A stretch of 54,509 bases of DNA from Gekko japonicus (taxonomy: Eukaryota). Of this stretch, positions 12,129 through 25,400 are shown one piece after another. Made by a program: the position numbers and the translations under genes. The notes under the pieces are model-generated. The model had not been told where the DNA came from. It was given only the letters and a program-made list of their open reading frames with translations, and searched no databases. Location: assembly GCF_001447785.1 (NCBI RefSeq), contig NW_015160308.1, positions 161,913-216,421 of the forward strand, written 5' to 3'. The number at the start of each line of letters is the position of its first letter. Position 1 is the stretch's first letter.

Positions 12129-12615
12129 AATTCCCCGGTATCTCCAGTTGACAGGATCAGTTAGTAGTAGGTGATGGGAAAGACCTCAGCCTGGGACCCT
12201 GGAGAGCCACAGCCAGTCTGAGGAGACAATCTGGTCTTGATGGACCAAGGGTCTGATTCAGTAGAAATCCAAATCCAAAAAATAAATAAAAATAAGGCAG
12301 CTTCATGCAAATAGGGATAGGTTCAGGTGGGTATCCATGCTGATCTGAAGCAATAGAACAATGCTTGAGTCCAGTGGCACCTTTATATATGTATTTATTT
12401 AGATTTATACCCTGCCCTCCCCGGCAAGGCAGGCTCAGGGCGGCTTACAATAAAAGTTAAAACAATATAAAATCATAAAAATCATAACAATAATAAAATA
12501 ATAAAAAGATAAAAATCATAAAAAGATAAAAATTGTGGTCTGTAAACCGCTCTGAGCCTCATGGATAGGGCGGTATATAAATCGCTAATGTAATGTAATA
12601 AAACATTTATAAGGT

Positions 12616-12924
12616 TGAAAAGTACTGAGACTTACTAGCGATTTCAGCTCTCATACTTTTATTTAGTTCGGAACAAGACAACTAGAACCGGCTCGCAGGC
12701 CGGTTTATATGTGCAACAATCCCAAACCCAAAACACACCCACACACAAGTGATTGGTCATTACAGTGGCCGAGAGTTCCATGGGCTCTCGGCAGGGTGCC
12801 TAGCCCTCCTATTGGTGCAGGCTAGGATCTGCTTGGCCCATTGTTCCTGAGAGTGAAGCTCGGCTGCTTTGCATGACCGTGTGGCGACCTAGCTGCACAC
12901 GTGGTCAGAGATGGATACATTACA
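12616..12924 (-). mobile_element. Solo LTR (309 bp)
   Basis: TG...CA ends and 5-bp TSD AAGGT (12611-12615 and 12925-12929). TATA and AATAAA on the minus strand. Related to the LTR at 43969. Confidence 0.8.
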
Positions 12925-14682
12925 AAGGTGCTACATATAGGATGGCGCAATTTCAGTTTTGATATTAACCATAGTGGGCATCCAGTCAACAATAGTTATA
13001 AAACTGCTGCCCAGACCCATAATATATTAAGTAGGTAATGGCTCAGAGGTTAAGATGCTGAGCTGCAGACCGGAAGGAAACAAAAGAACTGTGATTATGG
13101 AAATCACCATTTGGATGATGTGCACAGTGCCAGAAAAGGAAGATAACATGGCAGAATTGTTAACAGTGAGTGTGACCAATCAGGCACTGCAGTACAGATC
13201 TATATCGAGAAATGTTATTCCCTGAAATGAAGCTGGCTTTGGGAAAGGAAGTAATGAACTTCATACAGCCGAAGTGATAGTATATCTGCGCTTTTAAAAA
13301 ATCTGCCCTTCCTTTAGAGCAACAGACCAGGTTCTCTGTGGTTTCATCCCCGCCCCGCACAGCAACCATGTCAGGTATGTAGACTGAGAGAGAAGAAGAA
13401 GAGGAAGAAGAGAACCCACTTTTCTCTATCCAAAGGAGTCTTAAAGCGGCTTACAATCGCCTTTCCTTTCCTCTCCCCACAACAGGCACCTTGTGAGGTA
13501 GGTGAGGCTGAGCGTTCTGAGAGAACTGTGACGGGCCCAAGGTCTCCCAGCAGGCTTCACGTGGAGGAGGTGTGGGGAATCAAACCCAGTTCTCCCAGAT
13601 TAGAGTCTGCCACTCTTAACCACTACACCACACTGGGGGGGGGGGGTCCAGGGTCATCCAGTGACCTTCATGATGACTGAATGGGGATTTGAACCTCTTG
13701 GTCTAACCCTATACTGGCTCTTGCAAGAGTTTGTATAATTGGGACATGGACATAATAGGTAGGGTGTAGGTAGGTGGACTGGGTGCTGAAAATACCTACC
13801 GGTAGTTTACAAGCTAAAGCTGCAACTGTTTTTACGCAATTCAGTTGGAATTCTGTCTAGCACTAAGGCGTACCTTGTAATCAAGGATGTCGAAAGTGAA
13901 TAAACCTTGCTAGCAACCCTCAAGTGAGTGGCCATTGTTTTGGAGGTTCTCTGCATCTGGCCTGGCCCTATCAGATGTAGGGTTGCCAGCTCTGTGTTGG
14001 GAAATTCCTGGAGGTTTGTGGGTGGAGTCTAGGGAGGGCGGGGTTTGGGGAGGGGAGGGGCCTCAGCTGGGGTTTCATGCTATGGAGTCCATCTTCCAGC
14101 CATTTTCTCCAGGGAAACTGATATCCGCTATCTGGAGACTAGTTGTAATTCTAGGAGACCTGCAGACACCGCCTGCAGGCTGGCAATGCTGACATAAATT
14201 GAGTGTAAAAGTGGCAGGGGGAAATCACACATGCCAATGCAAGTTTTTTTAATTTATTTTTAAAATTATTTTATTTAAATAAAACAATCAACATATTCAT
14301 GAACATAAACATACCATAATCCAAACGACTTATGTCAGCACATACACAGGTTATCTACCAACTTAATGTTAGTACAATGAACACCTTGAACTTAAGGAAT
14401 ATACTGCTATATAACCCGTGTAGTGAAGAACTATACTGATTTTAGTTCATCACACTCAAAAACAAAGCCAGTTTTTATCAATGTTCCCTCTAAGCTGTGG
14501 AGTCCTGTGAGCAAAAAAATCTACTTTGTGAGCTGCTGGCATTAAAGTTGTGAGCAAGCAATTCGACTGCTGCATAAATTAATTTGCTCCGGAGCCCTCC
14601 TTCCTGAGCAAAGACAGAAATTTGTGAGCTGGAAGCGAAAAAACTGTGAGCTAGCTCACACTAACTCAGCTTAGAGGGAACA

Positions 14683-14930
14683 CCGGGTACCACTTCTTTT
14701 TCTGTGAGAAACTGCAGTATTGGAAACCACGTAGATACAAATAGTGTTTGATAATCTTCACTGGCTTGGTTAGATATATCATTTGCAATTTCCCCCATAA
14801 TAAATTGCATCCATAGGTTTTCATACCACCCGTTAAGAGAAGGGCCTAAATTCGATTTCCACTTAGAAGCAATGGTGAGTCTGGCTGCAGCAATCAAGAT
14901 AGAAATTGTTTCTTCCTTTGGTTTCAAAGT
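14683..14930 (-). mobile_element. L1/Tx1-clade ORF2 C-terminal fragment
   Basis: ILIAAARLTIASKWKS..PSL..W resembles the C-terminus of non-mammalian vertebrate L1 ORF2. Confidence 0.6.
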
Positions 14931-15150
14931 GTTTTTATTTTATGTGTATTTTTATTCAGGTCCGAGATAACTTTCAAGGCAAGTCTTCTAAACCTGGGGT
15001 TTTTCTGCTCACTATTCTTGCTAATCCTAAATGATATTTTATTATTGATACCGTGAGCTTGCTATGGCATAACATGGAAGAAAAGCAACAAACAAGATAT
15101 TTATGGAATGCTACCAGTGAGGCTGCGATATTTATGGAATGCTACCAGTG

Positions 15151-15500
15151 AGGAGCTGCGATGGCTCAAGTGGTTAAGACGCTGAACTGCAGGCTGTGGA
15201 AGGTCAGTAGTTCAGCGGTTCGAGACCTGAGTGTGCCGCATGACGGAGTGAGCTCCCGTCTCCAGTTCCAGCTCCTGCCAACCTAGCAGTTCGAAAGCAA
15301 GAAATTGCAAGTAGATAAATAGGTACCACTTCGGTGGGAAGGTAACAGCGTTCCGTGCGCCTTGGTGATTAGTCATGCCGGCCCCATGACCACGGAAATG
15401 TCTTCGGACAGCGCTGGCTCTTCGGCTTTGAAACGGAGATGAGCACTGCAACCCTAGAGTCGGATTCGACTGGCTTTCGAGCAAGGGAACCTTTACTTTA
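15151..15500 (+). mobile_element. Sauria/Squam1 SINE
   Basis: tRNA-like head (TGGCTCAAGTGG, GGTTCGAGACC), TAAATAGGTACC core and ACCTTT tail, flanked by a TACCAGTGAGG duplication. Confidence 0.85.
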
Positions 15501-17591
15501 CCAGTGAGGCAAGAGGAAGAAGCGAGTACACCCCCATCGTGCTTGGATTGAAACCTTGCTAACAGTATGTTTTAATTATTTGTTAATTTTAAAGCCAGTG
15601 GTGGACGGCTGAAAAGCAGAGTAAAATGCAACACCCTCCCCCAATAATAAATAGACTTCTACAGTGGAGGCTTAAATGAATTGCCATGTATTATCAATAG
15701 AGTCGAAGCAAGGCATCATTTAAAACAGACAACTCTTTATTCAATAGAGAGTTTACTGGAATAATGTACTATTTGGGATACTTCAGAAGCTTTCCGTGTA
15801 CTAAGGCTTGTAACAAACTATTTCACAAACAAAGCAGATACAGTATAGACATTGATTTTAAAGGAAAATGGCAAATCAGAGAACTGTCTGTGTGTACGTT
15901 ATTTCCAAACACAGACACATTCCATATTCAAAATGTAGATCTAATTTTTTAAAAAGCCCATAAAAATACTAGACAAGCTTTGTTGATTTCATCTTCAATC
16001 ACAGTTATTGAATAACATCCCTTCCTTTATTACTAGTTAACCCATGAACCAGTTATAGAAGTTCTTCTTTTGACAGAGATCCCTTGCAAACTGAGGGCGA
16101 TTCCGCATCTAGCATTTGCTCTGCATCTTCTTAACTGGGGCCCATTCTGCATCCAACATTCGCTCTGCTGTTTTACCAAGCCCACGTTGGAACAGAAATT
16201 CCCCTCTACATTGCATGCCACTTTCACTTTCTTTGATCGTCACATTTTATGGTAGCGTTCACACTCTCCACGCAAGTTTCACTTCCTTTGATTGCTCGGT
16301 TTTATGGTACAGTCTGCCAGTGTTCCCTCTAAGCTGAGTTATTGTGAGCTAGCTCGGGCTGCCATTTCACACAGTCTTTCCCCTACCAGTAAGGAGCCAT
16401 CTCTGAAGCGGTTTGGCATTTCAGACTGCACCACTTTGTTTTCCCACCCTTTTTCGCCCGAGCAGGCGATCTCTGTCCTTTTATTTTTAACGTTTGTTTT
16501 AAAGTGCTATAGCGAATGTTCAAAACATTCTAAAACGAACATTAAAAAAAATGAACATTCAAAAATAAAAAAAGACAGAGATCACCCACGCAGGCAGAAA
16601 AGGGCGGAAAAACAAAGCGGTGTCGGAGGAAGCACTACAGGGCATTTTACACAGCACCCCATAGCGCTTCAGAAATGGTATAGAAAAGTGAAGACCACTT
16701 GGAAGCAGTTTGCAGGTAAAACGGTTCAGAAAGACTTCCCGAATGGAACAGAAGCGTTTCTGTCTGAAAGTGAAAATATATTCCGGTAGGGAACCGTTAC
16801 TAAAATGGTTCTGTCTGAAATGTCAGATAGTTTTTTACTGTATCACAGCTATAGTAGAGCTAATACGGTAGGAGATGTTCACATCCTGCAAGTTCACCCT
16901 GTATCCGCACGATTGCCTGATTTGTGCAGCCACTTCTCATACAACATTTTCCCTGCAAGGGTGTATAACATCACATGTGCAGATGATGCAACTGTCTAAG
17001 TTTGCCCCAGGTTCATTTATTGGGAACTTACAGCCCATTGTGGCTTCCCAGAGTGCATTGCAAAAGGCAGTCGTGTGGTCATCACAAAATGGCGCCACGA
17101 CGATTGAGCAGAAACGATGTAAAAATGAATTAAAATAAATCAAAATAAAGCCAGCTGCCAGCCTGACCCTTAGGTGGGTGGCTATAAAACCAGCCAAGAA
17201 AGGCAGTTAGGTGCGAATGCAGTGTGTACGTTAGATGCTAAGCCACTGACTCTGCCTTGCCTGATTCTTGGAACTTGACCTTGGACCGAATAACTCGACC
17301 TTGCCTGACTTCTGAAACCCTGATCTTGGACTGAATGACCCTGCCTTGCCTGACCCCCTGGCACCAGAGCATTGTGGGCAAGCCGGTAGAATTATTCAAA
17401 ATGGTGGCCATGGGGAATTGGGTGGTTTGCTGTGTTACCATTGAAAGACAGAACAGTTTCAAGGATATATGGAAGTCCCCTCACTGTTTGATGGGTGGTC
17501 TCTTTGGAAAAGGAAAGATAGGCAAGACTGGGGCCTTGGGACGGAGAGGGTGCTTTCCACCATCCCTATCACTCAGGAACAAGCCTCCCAA

Positions 17592-17808
17592 CTATTTAAT
17601 GTTTCCTAGGGCATGTATATCTGCATTCTCTAGAATTTCCACCTTCTGATTATCAGGTCCTGGCATTACCACGTTGTTCACCATTGCCCGGGCCACAGTC
17701 ACTGTGGAGACAGAGCAAAATGTGGGAAAGACGTAGGCTACTGCTCCAAGGACTTGCCTGGCAATCCACTCAGCAGGACGAGACTCCTGACGATCGCACA
17801 GCAGCAAC
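17592..17808 (-). CDS. HTATIP2: HTATIP2-like copy B, terminal coding exon 5 (LLLCDRQESRPAEWIARQVLG...VARAMVNNVV...EILENADIHALGNIK*)
   Basis: Acceptor aatag| at 17809-17810, phase matching exon 4. Homologous to the TIP30 C-terminus (LLCDRQESRPGEW, VTVVRAMLNNVV, ELLENKAIHDLG). Stop TAG at 17592-17594. Confidence 0.92.
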
Positions 17809-19417
17809 CTATTAGGAGGAGAGGAGACATGGGTAAAAAAACCAGGTTCCTCCCCGTTCTATAGAGTGACTAGATCTTAAGGAGGAGGAGAGAGCTCTTT
17901 CAAGGACTGCTTATGGAGGAGAAGAGAGCTCTTTCAAGGACTGCTCTTGAGAGAACAGCTCTGAAAGAACTTGTAACTGACCCAAGGTCGCACAAGCAGC
18001 TGCATGTGGAGAAGTGGGGAATCAAACCCAGTTCTCTCAGATTAGAGTCCGTGCTCCTAACCACGACACCAAACTAGTATGATGAACTAGTATGGAGAAG
18101 CACAGTGCAATAGGGGAGGATGTAGGTAGGTGAGGTGGACGAGAGATGCTTGCCATTGCCACCATTTTCTGGCCACAGTAAAAGCAGTTAGTTGCATGAG
18201 GACCAACTGACCCAGAAATATGATGGATAGCACATTGTTTTTCTGATGGGATCTAAAATCCTGCCCCTAAATGACAAAATAGGACCTACGTCTTGGTGCA
18301 TTATTGCATCAGAAGGGTCCATCCATTTCTGTGGAAAGAGCCTCTAACGCAGGGTTCCCCTACCTTTTTGAATCTGCGGGCACATTTGGAATTCTGACAT
18401 GGTGTGGTGAGCACAGCCACAAAATGGCTGCCCTCAGGAGGTGGAGCCAGCCACAAAATGGCCACTGTGGCTTACCTTTAGTCACATAGTGAAGATTCTT
18501 ATGCTGTGCTGGCAGCTGCTGCCAAAGCAATTTTTGAAGATCTGCAAAGTCAATCAAATCTCTAATGGCCAATCAGAAACCTTGCTGGGCCAAAGCCCCA
18601 CCTGGCTCCGCCCACTTTCTAAAAACACTTGGTCAGCCCCACGTTGGGGACCACTGCTCTAATGGCATACCTCACCACTCATGATTAGGATTCAGGACTA
18701 TTTTACATGGTACCAGAACATTGTGGGCAAAAACTACCATGGTGGCTGTTCCCACCAGGGTTGCCAGCCTCCAGGTGGGGCCTGGGGATCTCCCGCTTTT
18801 ACCACTGATCCCCAGCCGACAGAGATCAGCTCCCCTGGAGAAAATGGCTGCTTTGAAGGGTGGACTCTATGGCATTGTACTATGCGGAGGCCCCTCCCCT
18901 CCCCAAACCACACCCTCTCCTGGCTCCACCCCCAAGTCTCCAGGTATTTTCCAACCCAGACTTGGCAACCCTAGTTCCCACATCATTCTATGAGTAATGG
19001 CATTCATGTTGCTCAGGTACCCTGCCCTTCACTACCCGAAGGAGTCTCAGAGTGGTTTACAATCTCCTTTCCCTTCCCCTCCCCACAATAGACACCCTGT
19101 GAGGTAGGTGGGGCTGAGAGAGCTCTCTCGAGGACTGCTCTTGAGAGAACAGCTCTGAGAGAACTTGTGACTAACCCGAGGTCACACCAGCAGCTGCATG
19201 TGGAGGAGTGGGGAATCAAACCCCGTTCTCCCAGATTAGAGTCTGTGCTCCTAGCAGGATCCATGTTCCAGTTCCCACTCTGCCATGAAGCATGCTGAGT
19301 GGTATGGGCCTGTCACTGCAGGTCCAACTTCAATGGCACAATGCCCAATTGTTCAGCTTTCATCCTTTTGGCACACCCGTCCACCCCCAGTTCACACACA
19401 CTCTTCTTGGTACTTAC

Positions 19418-19479
19418 GCTGGTCTAAATATGGAGCAGCGGTCAAACCTAACTGTTTTGACCCTGGACTCTGCTTCAGC
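19418..19479 (-). CDS. HTATIP2: HTATIP2-like copy B, coding exon 4 (AEAESRVKTVRFDRCSIFRP-A)
   Basis: 62-bp exon, tcag| ... |gtaagt. Matches TIP30 [21 protein letters not shown] and joins exons 3 and 5 in frame. Confidence 0.88.
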
Positions 19480-20641
19480 CTGAGGGGACAAATCAAATGA
19501 AACATAAGGTGTCAGTTCTCAAACATACCCACTGCGAATTCCATTTTGTTCCATGCTCAGAGTTACAGGCCCCAGATAGTGGGCTGGTGTACAAATTCAT
19601 TAGGGGCTAAAGTCCTCCAAAATCAAAGTCCTCCAAAATCAAAGAGCCTAGAGTGCTCACCCCCAGAAGAATGCATGGTATCACAGTTAAGAGCCAGAGC
19701 ACAGGAGATCCGATAAGAACATAAGGTTGTACTTTTATCCCTTGATGATGTATGTTTTGTTGTGATGCCAATAAAGGTAGCTGATGATGATGATAAGAAC
19801 ATAAGAGCCCTGCTGGATCAGACCAGGGTCCATCTAGTCCAGCATCCTGTCTCAGACAGTGGCCAACCAGTTCCTCTGGAGGGCCAACTTATCCTCCATG
19901 AATCTATCTAGTCTTCCTTTAAAACTGTTTATTCCTGATGGTGTACAGATAGCCATCCCCCAAGTCGGGTCAGGGGATCCCCCAATATCAGGGGCACCAA
20001 TCTGCTGCTAGCCAGCTGGCCAGCAGGGGAAGGCCCACCAATGAACAACAGCGTCCCGTGGGGACACCACTGATGCAATGACATCACCGGTAGTGATGCC
20101 ATCACGCTGGGGCCATCACGTGGTGACGCTCTAGCATTCGGAGGGAAATTCTATGGTTACCAGAGTTTCCCCCCCAAATGCTAAAGTGTTGCCGCGCTAC
20201 GGCCCTAGCATGATGACATCAGTACCGGTGACATCATCGCTCCACACAAGTGGCAGAAAAGTCCTGACGAGGAGCCGGGAGCCCTCCTGCCACGGGTAAG
20301 GTGAGACCCGGCAACCCTATGTAGAGGAGATGGAACAAAGGTTACCGATGATGATGGGGTAATGATTTTGGCATACAAGTGCATAATGCAACATAGATGT
20401 ATTTGGTGAACGTCTGGAAAGTGTGACAACAACGCCAGTCAGGACCCTTCTGGGTGGGTGCTCCAAACTGTGAGCGTCCCTCCACATCTTAGCAACGACA
20501 ATGATCTTGTTCCTTTTTTATTAAGCATGAACAGAAGGTAAAGCTTCTGCCAATATTCCGTGTGATAGTTTCAGAGGGTAGCCACGGAGGTCTGCAGTGG
20601 AGCCGGTTAGGTTCGTGTCCAGTAACCCCTTAGAGACCAAC

Positions 20642-21267
20642 GGCTGATTTCGCACTAGAGCTGCCTCGATGTTGCGCTGCCATTTGCCCCGATACTATTG
20701 GTCAATTTCACACCCGAAGCTGCTGGGCTGCATTTTGACTCGCGGCTTCGCCCGATTTCCCCCGCAGTTTCATGATCCTGTTTTTTGAGGATCACGAAAC
20801 TGCGGAGGAAATCGGGGGAGGAATTGTAATGTATTGGAACAATTACATGAATCACCTCATTAGACTCCCATGTTAAGCTTCGAGCCAAGCTAGGGCTCCT
20901 CTGAACGAACTTCCTATTGGTCGCTTTGTAACAGCGACCAATCAGAACGGTACTATTCCCTGGGAGGGAAAGACTCCCATTGGTCTTTAACTCATCAATC
21001 TTATTGGTTGTTAAATGTAAATAGGCGTGGCTATATTAGCCCGGTAATGTTTAAAAGGAGCATAGCTCCCACTGTTTGGTTGTTCTGGTTTTGGAATGCG
21101 TTTGAGTGTTTGCTTGCTACTTCAAATAAAGCTGAATCACTGAGCTGAAATCATTCTCCGATCCTTTGTTAGCGCGATCTAACAGCAGACTCGGGTGTGA
21201 AATTGACCAATAGTATCGGGGCAAATGGCAGCGCAACATCGAGGCAGCTCTTGGGCGAAATCAGCCC
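20642..21267. mobile_element. PIF/Harbinger-type foldback MITE inserted in a Penelope pLTR remnant
   Basis: ~75-bp near-perfect TIRs (GGCTGATTTCGC...CACACCCGA) and 3-bp TSD AAC. Confidence 0.75.
20825..21184 (+). mobile_element. Solo-LTR-like insert nested in a foldback MITE
   Basis: TGTAATGTAT...AACA ends, multiple CCAAT/ATTGG boxes and AATAAA near 21125. No clean TSD. Confidence 0.6.
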
Positions 21268-22192
21268 AACAAGAGTTTCATTTTTTAGCTTTAGAGAGTC
21301 AAAGCTCCTTTCATTGGAAACGAGCAGCAAGACATTTCACTCTTCTGGCTCACTCTGTAACAGGTTTGCCGACTTCCAGGTGAGACCTGGACGCCTCTCG
21401 GAATTACAGCTGATCTCCAGATGGCAGCATCCGTTCCCCTGGAGAAAATGGCTGCTTCCCAGGATACCCTCTATGGCACTATGCTGCACTGAGGTCCCTC
21501 CACTGCTCATGCCCTGCTCTCCCCAGGCTCCACCCCGAAATATCAGGAATTTCCATCCCAGAGCTGGCAGCTTTAACGCGTGACAGTTATTCAAGCGGGA
21601 GTAGGGTTGGCAAGTCCCCCCGGCCTTCAGTCCCCAAAGGAGTCTCAGAGCAGTTTACAATCCCTTTCTCTCCCGCTCCCCACAACAGAGGAGAAGCACA
21701 GTGCAATAGGGGAGGATGTAGGTAGGGGCGGGGAAACCCCCGCTTGAGAGGCCCATTCCCCACCGGCTGGGATTGGGCTGCTGGGGGAAACCCCGCCCCC
21801 AAAGTGCCAGACGTGCCTGGCATGATGATGTCACCTGGAGGTGACATCATCGCATTGGACACGTTGCGGGGGGCGCTCTATCATTCGAGGGAAAACTCTA
21901 TGGCCTACAACTTGCATAGGTAAGGCCAGAATGCAGAGTAAGGGAGAAACAAAAGGTTCTTCCCTATTCTCTCGCTGGCTAACTGACCTCGGAACCGACT
22001 GAATAGTGTGTCACCTAGAGTTGCCAACCTCCTGGTGGTGGCTGGAGATCTCCTGGGATCGCAACTGATCTTCAGGCAACAGAGATCAGTTCCCCTGGAG
22101 AAAATGGCTGCTTTGGAGGGGGACTGTATGGCGTTATACCCCACTGAAGTCCCTCCCCTCTCCAAACCCCCTGCCCTCAGGCTCCACCTCTA

Positions 22193-22411
<219 letters not shown>

Positions 22412-25400
22412 TTAATTTATTTGGATCATTAAAAATAAAAAAATATCAGTATCGCTAACAATAAATCAGTATTATTATTGTTGTTGTTTTTTAATAATAA
22501 TGATTGAGATGACTGGGGGAAGGAAAAGAAGTAGGAGGCTGTTCCTCCGGTTTTCATTAGACACAAAAACCTCTCAGTTATCACTGCAAACATTTCTGGG
22601 AACTGTCGTTTTCCAGAGCTTCTGTGGCTTTCGAAGGACCCAGAATTCCTACTATGCTTTGGGCTGCCAAGTCCCCCCGGGGGCCCGTTCCCCGACACCG
22701 GGGGATTGGGCCCCGGGGGGAACCCCGCCCCGGCGTGCACGTCACCAGGAAGGGACGCTATGACGCCAGGCATGCTGGGGGCGGGGCCACGGCCATACAA
22801 GGGAAAACTCTATGGCTTTCCCTAATATGGTCGTGGCCCCGCCCCCACCGTGCCCGGCTTCATAACGTCACTTTCTGGTTCCCGTCCATTTTGAACTTGG
22901 CAACCCTAACTCTGCTACAATTCATTGAGACTCTCGTCCTGGGGCCTCATTTTGGGTAAAGCTTTGGGGCCTAATGAAGGCCTGAGGACCAGTCTTTGCG
23001 TAATGCCCCCTCCTCCAATAGCTGCTTCAGGAAAGCAAACGTTGAGGAAAGAGGCAGTGTGGCACAGGCTAAAATTAATTACAAGAGCAACCTAGATACC
23101 AAGGGGTTTGGTATTAAATTCTGTAAATAAAGGCTGCTTTCCAAATTGGGATATGGGAGACGTTTTCTCACTCCAGCCCCTCCCAGTTCCAAAATCCAGC
23201 ATATATCTTGCTTAAACAGAGTGATGGAATCCTCCTACTGTCCAAAGCATTCCCATTTCATACTCAGCACTTTCCCACTTTTGTTGTTGTTATTGTTCTT
23301 GCCCCATACTGCTTTGGTTTCTCCCCTGATATCCACGTACAGTTTTGTGCCTTTTTCACACTGTTTTCACACTGGTTTTTTGTGTCCCCCCCCCCCCGGG
23401 TTTTCCCGGTTCTTTCGAGAGCACTTTTACCCCAACCTTTTCTGGAAGCTGATTCTGAGTTGCCCTTCAGTTTGTGTATTAATGCTTCTGTTGGTTTTCT
23501 TTGTCTCACCCATTCCCATCTACCTCCAGCTCACTTTTTTAGCTATTGGACCACCACCACCATCAAACGACTCCCTCTCCTCCTCCCCACCTTGAAGAGG
23601 TGATTTCATTTTTAATTTTTTTTAAAAAAGGCACTAAAATATTGATTTAGTACTATACCATTGTAACGATAGGTTTAGCAGGTTCTCTGAATTTCCAGCT
23701 TCCATTAAAAATAAAATAAAATTTTTAAAGTCTCTAGAGATATGCCCTTTTCCTTACATCTCTATGGGTGCGGTCAGACGGCGGGCTGGGAGCGGTGTAA
23801 ATCACTCTGGTTCCAACTAGATTAATTTGATACGGGGAAAGCGCGATCACACTCACCTCTTACATCGCTCCCTGGTGTCCACACTTCAGGCGCTCAGTAG
23901 AGCGCGTCGGTTGTTTTTTTTTACACAGTTTGCACATGCACATAGGCAGTCTTCCTTATAATGAAGATCTTTGCACAGGCGCAGAACAACCCAACCCGAA
24001 AAGCATGCCCTGAAGCAAAGACGTCCCTTTAAATTTTTACTCTGAAACTGGCCTCCGTGAGGTCCCGGACTCATCTAAAGCCTTACACTAGGCCCTTTTT
24101 TTGGTTTGTTTTACAAACGCCAGGGCGAAGCTTCGCCCAAGCGCACATTGAGGAGCCTTAAAAAAAATGGCGGCCGAAAAGCGGAAGCCTTGGGCTTCTG
24201 AACGGAAGTGGCTAGACACCGGTGGAGAGCGATCAGATGGGGATAATGTGGTTGGAACCGGTGCACTCAGGATACCACCACTTGGGGACCTAGTAGCAGA
24301 ATACAACGGTTAAAGGCTGTTTGCAACGGTTAGGGACGGAAGGCAGATGNNNNNNNNNNNNNNNNNNNNNNNNNNNNNNNNNNNNNNNNNNNNNNNNNNN
24401 NNNNNNNNNNNNNNNNNNNNNNNNNNNNNNNNNNNNNNNNNNNNNNNNNNNNNNNNNNNNNNNNNNNNNNNNNNNNNNNNNNNNNNNNNNNNNNNNNNNN
24501 NNNNNNNNNNNNNNNNNNNNNNNNNNNNNNNNNNNNNNNNNNNNNNNNNNNNNNNNNNNNNNNNNNNNNNNNNNNNNNNNNNNNNNNNNNNNNNNNNNNN
24601 NNNNNNNNNNNNNNNNNNNNNNNNNNNNNNNNNNNNNNNNNNNNNNNNNNNNNNNNNNNNNNNNNNNNNNNNNNNNNNNNNNNNNNNNNNNNNNNNNNNN
24701 NNNNNNTCCGAGACAAGTCAGTCTGCTGATGTGGCGGGGCTTGGAGAACACATTTAATTTTAGATGTNNNNNNNNNNNNNNNNNNNNNNNNNNNNNNNNN
24801 NNNNNNNNNNNNNNNNNNNNNNNNNNNNNNNNNNNNNNNNNNNNNNNNNNNNNNNNNNNNNNNNNNNNNNNNNNNNNNNNNNNNNNNNNNNNNNNNNNNN
24901 NNNNNNNNNNNNNNNNNNNNNNNNNNNNNNNNNNNNNNNNNNNNNNNNNNNNNNNNNNNNNNNNNNNNNNNNNNNNNNNNNNNNNNNNNNNNNNNNNNNN
25001 NNNNNNNNNNNNNNNNNNNNNNNNNNNNNNNNNNNNNCTAAACCTACAAATACAACGGTATGTTGATATAATGGCATTTTAGTACCTTTTAAAATAATCT
25101 AGCCATGATATCAATACTATTGTGTGCGAAAATTAAAAAGGGTGTGTGTGTGTTGTGACACTGGCAATGATGCCACTCATGATGACAGCACCCTCCCTTC
25201 AAAATCCTGATAATTTAAGGCCCATGTGTGTAAGGGAGTTTGGAGATTTGGGCCTAAGGTCTTGGCAAGATTTTGGTAGGAGTCTCTGTAAAACCTTAAG
25301 TGTTGCCAGGATTCTGGCTTGGTTAGAGTTTCTGCCCTGCTGATCAGTGACAGCTGCAGGGCAGTTTTGCCTCCCTGAGAAGTCTGACCTTGGGAGATTG

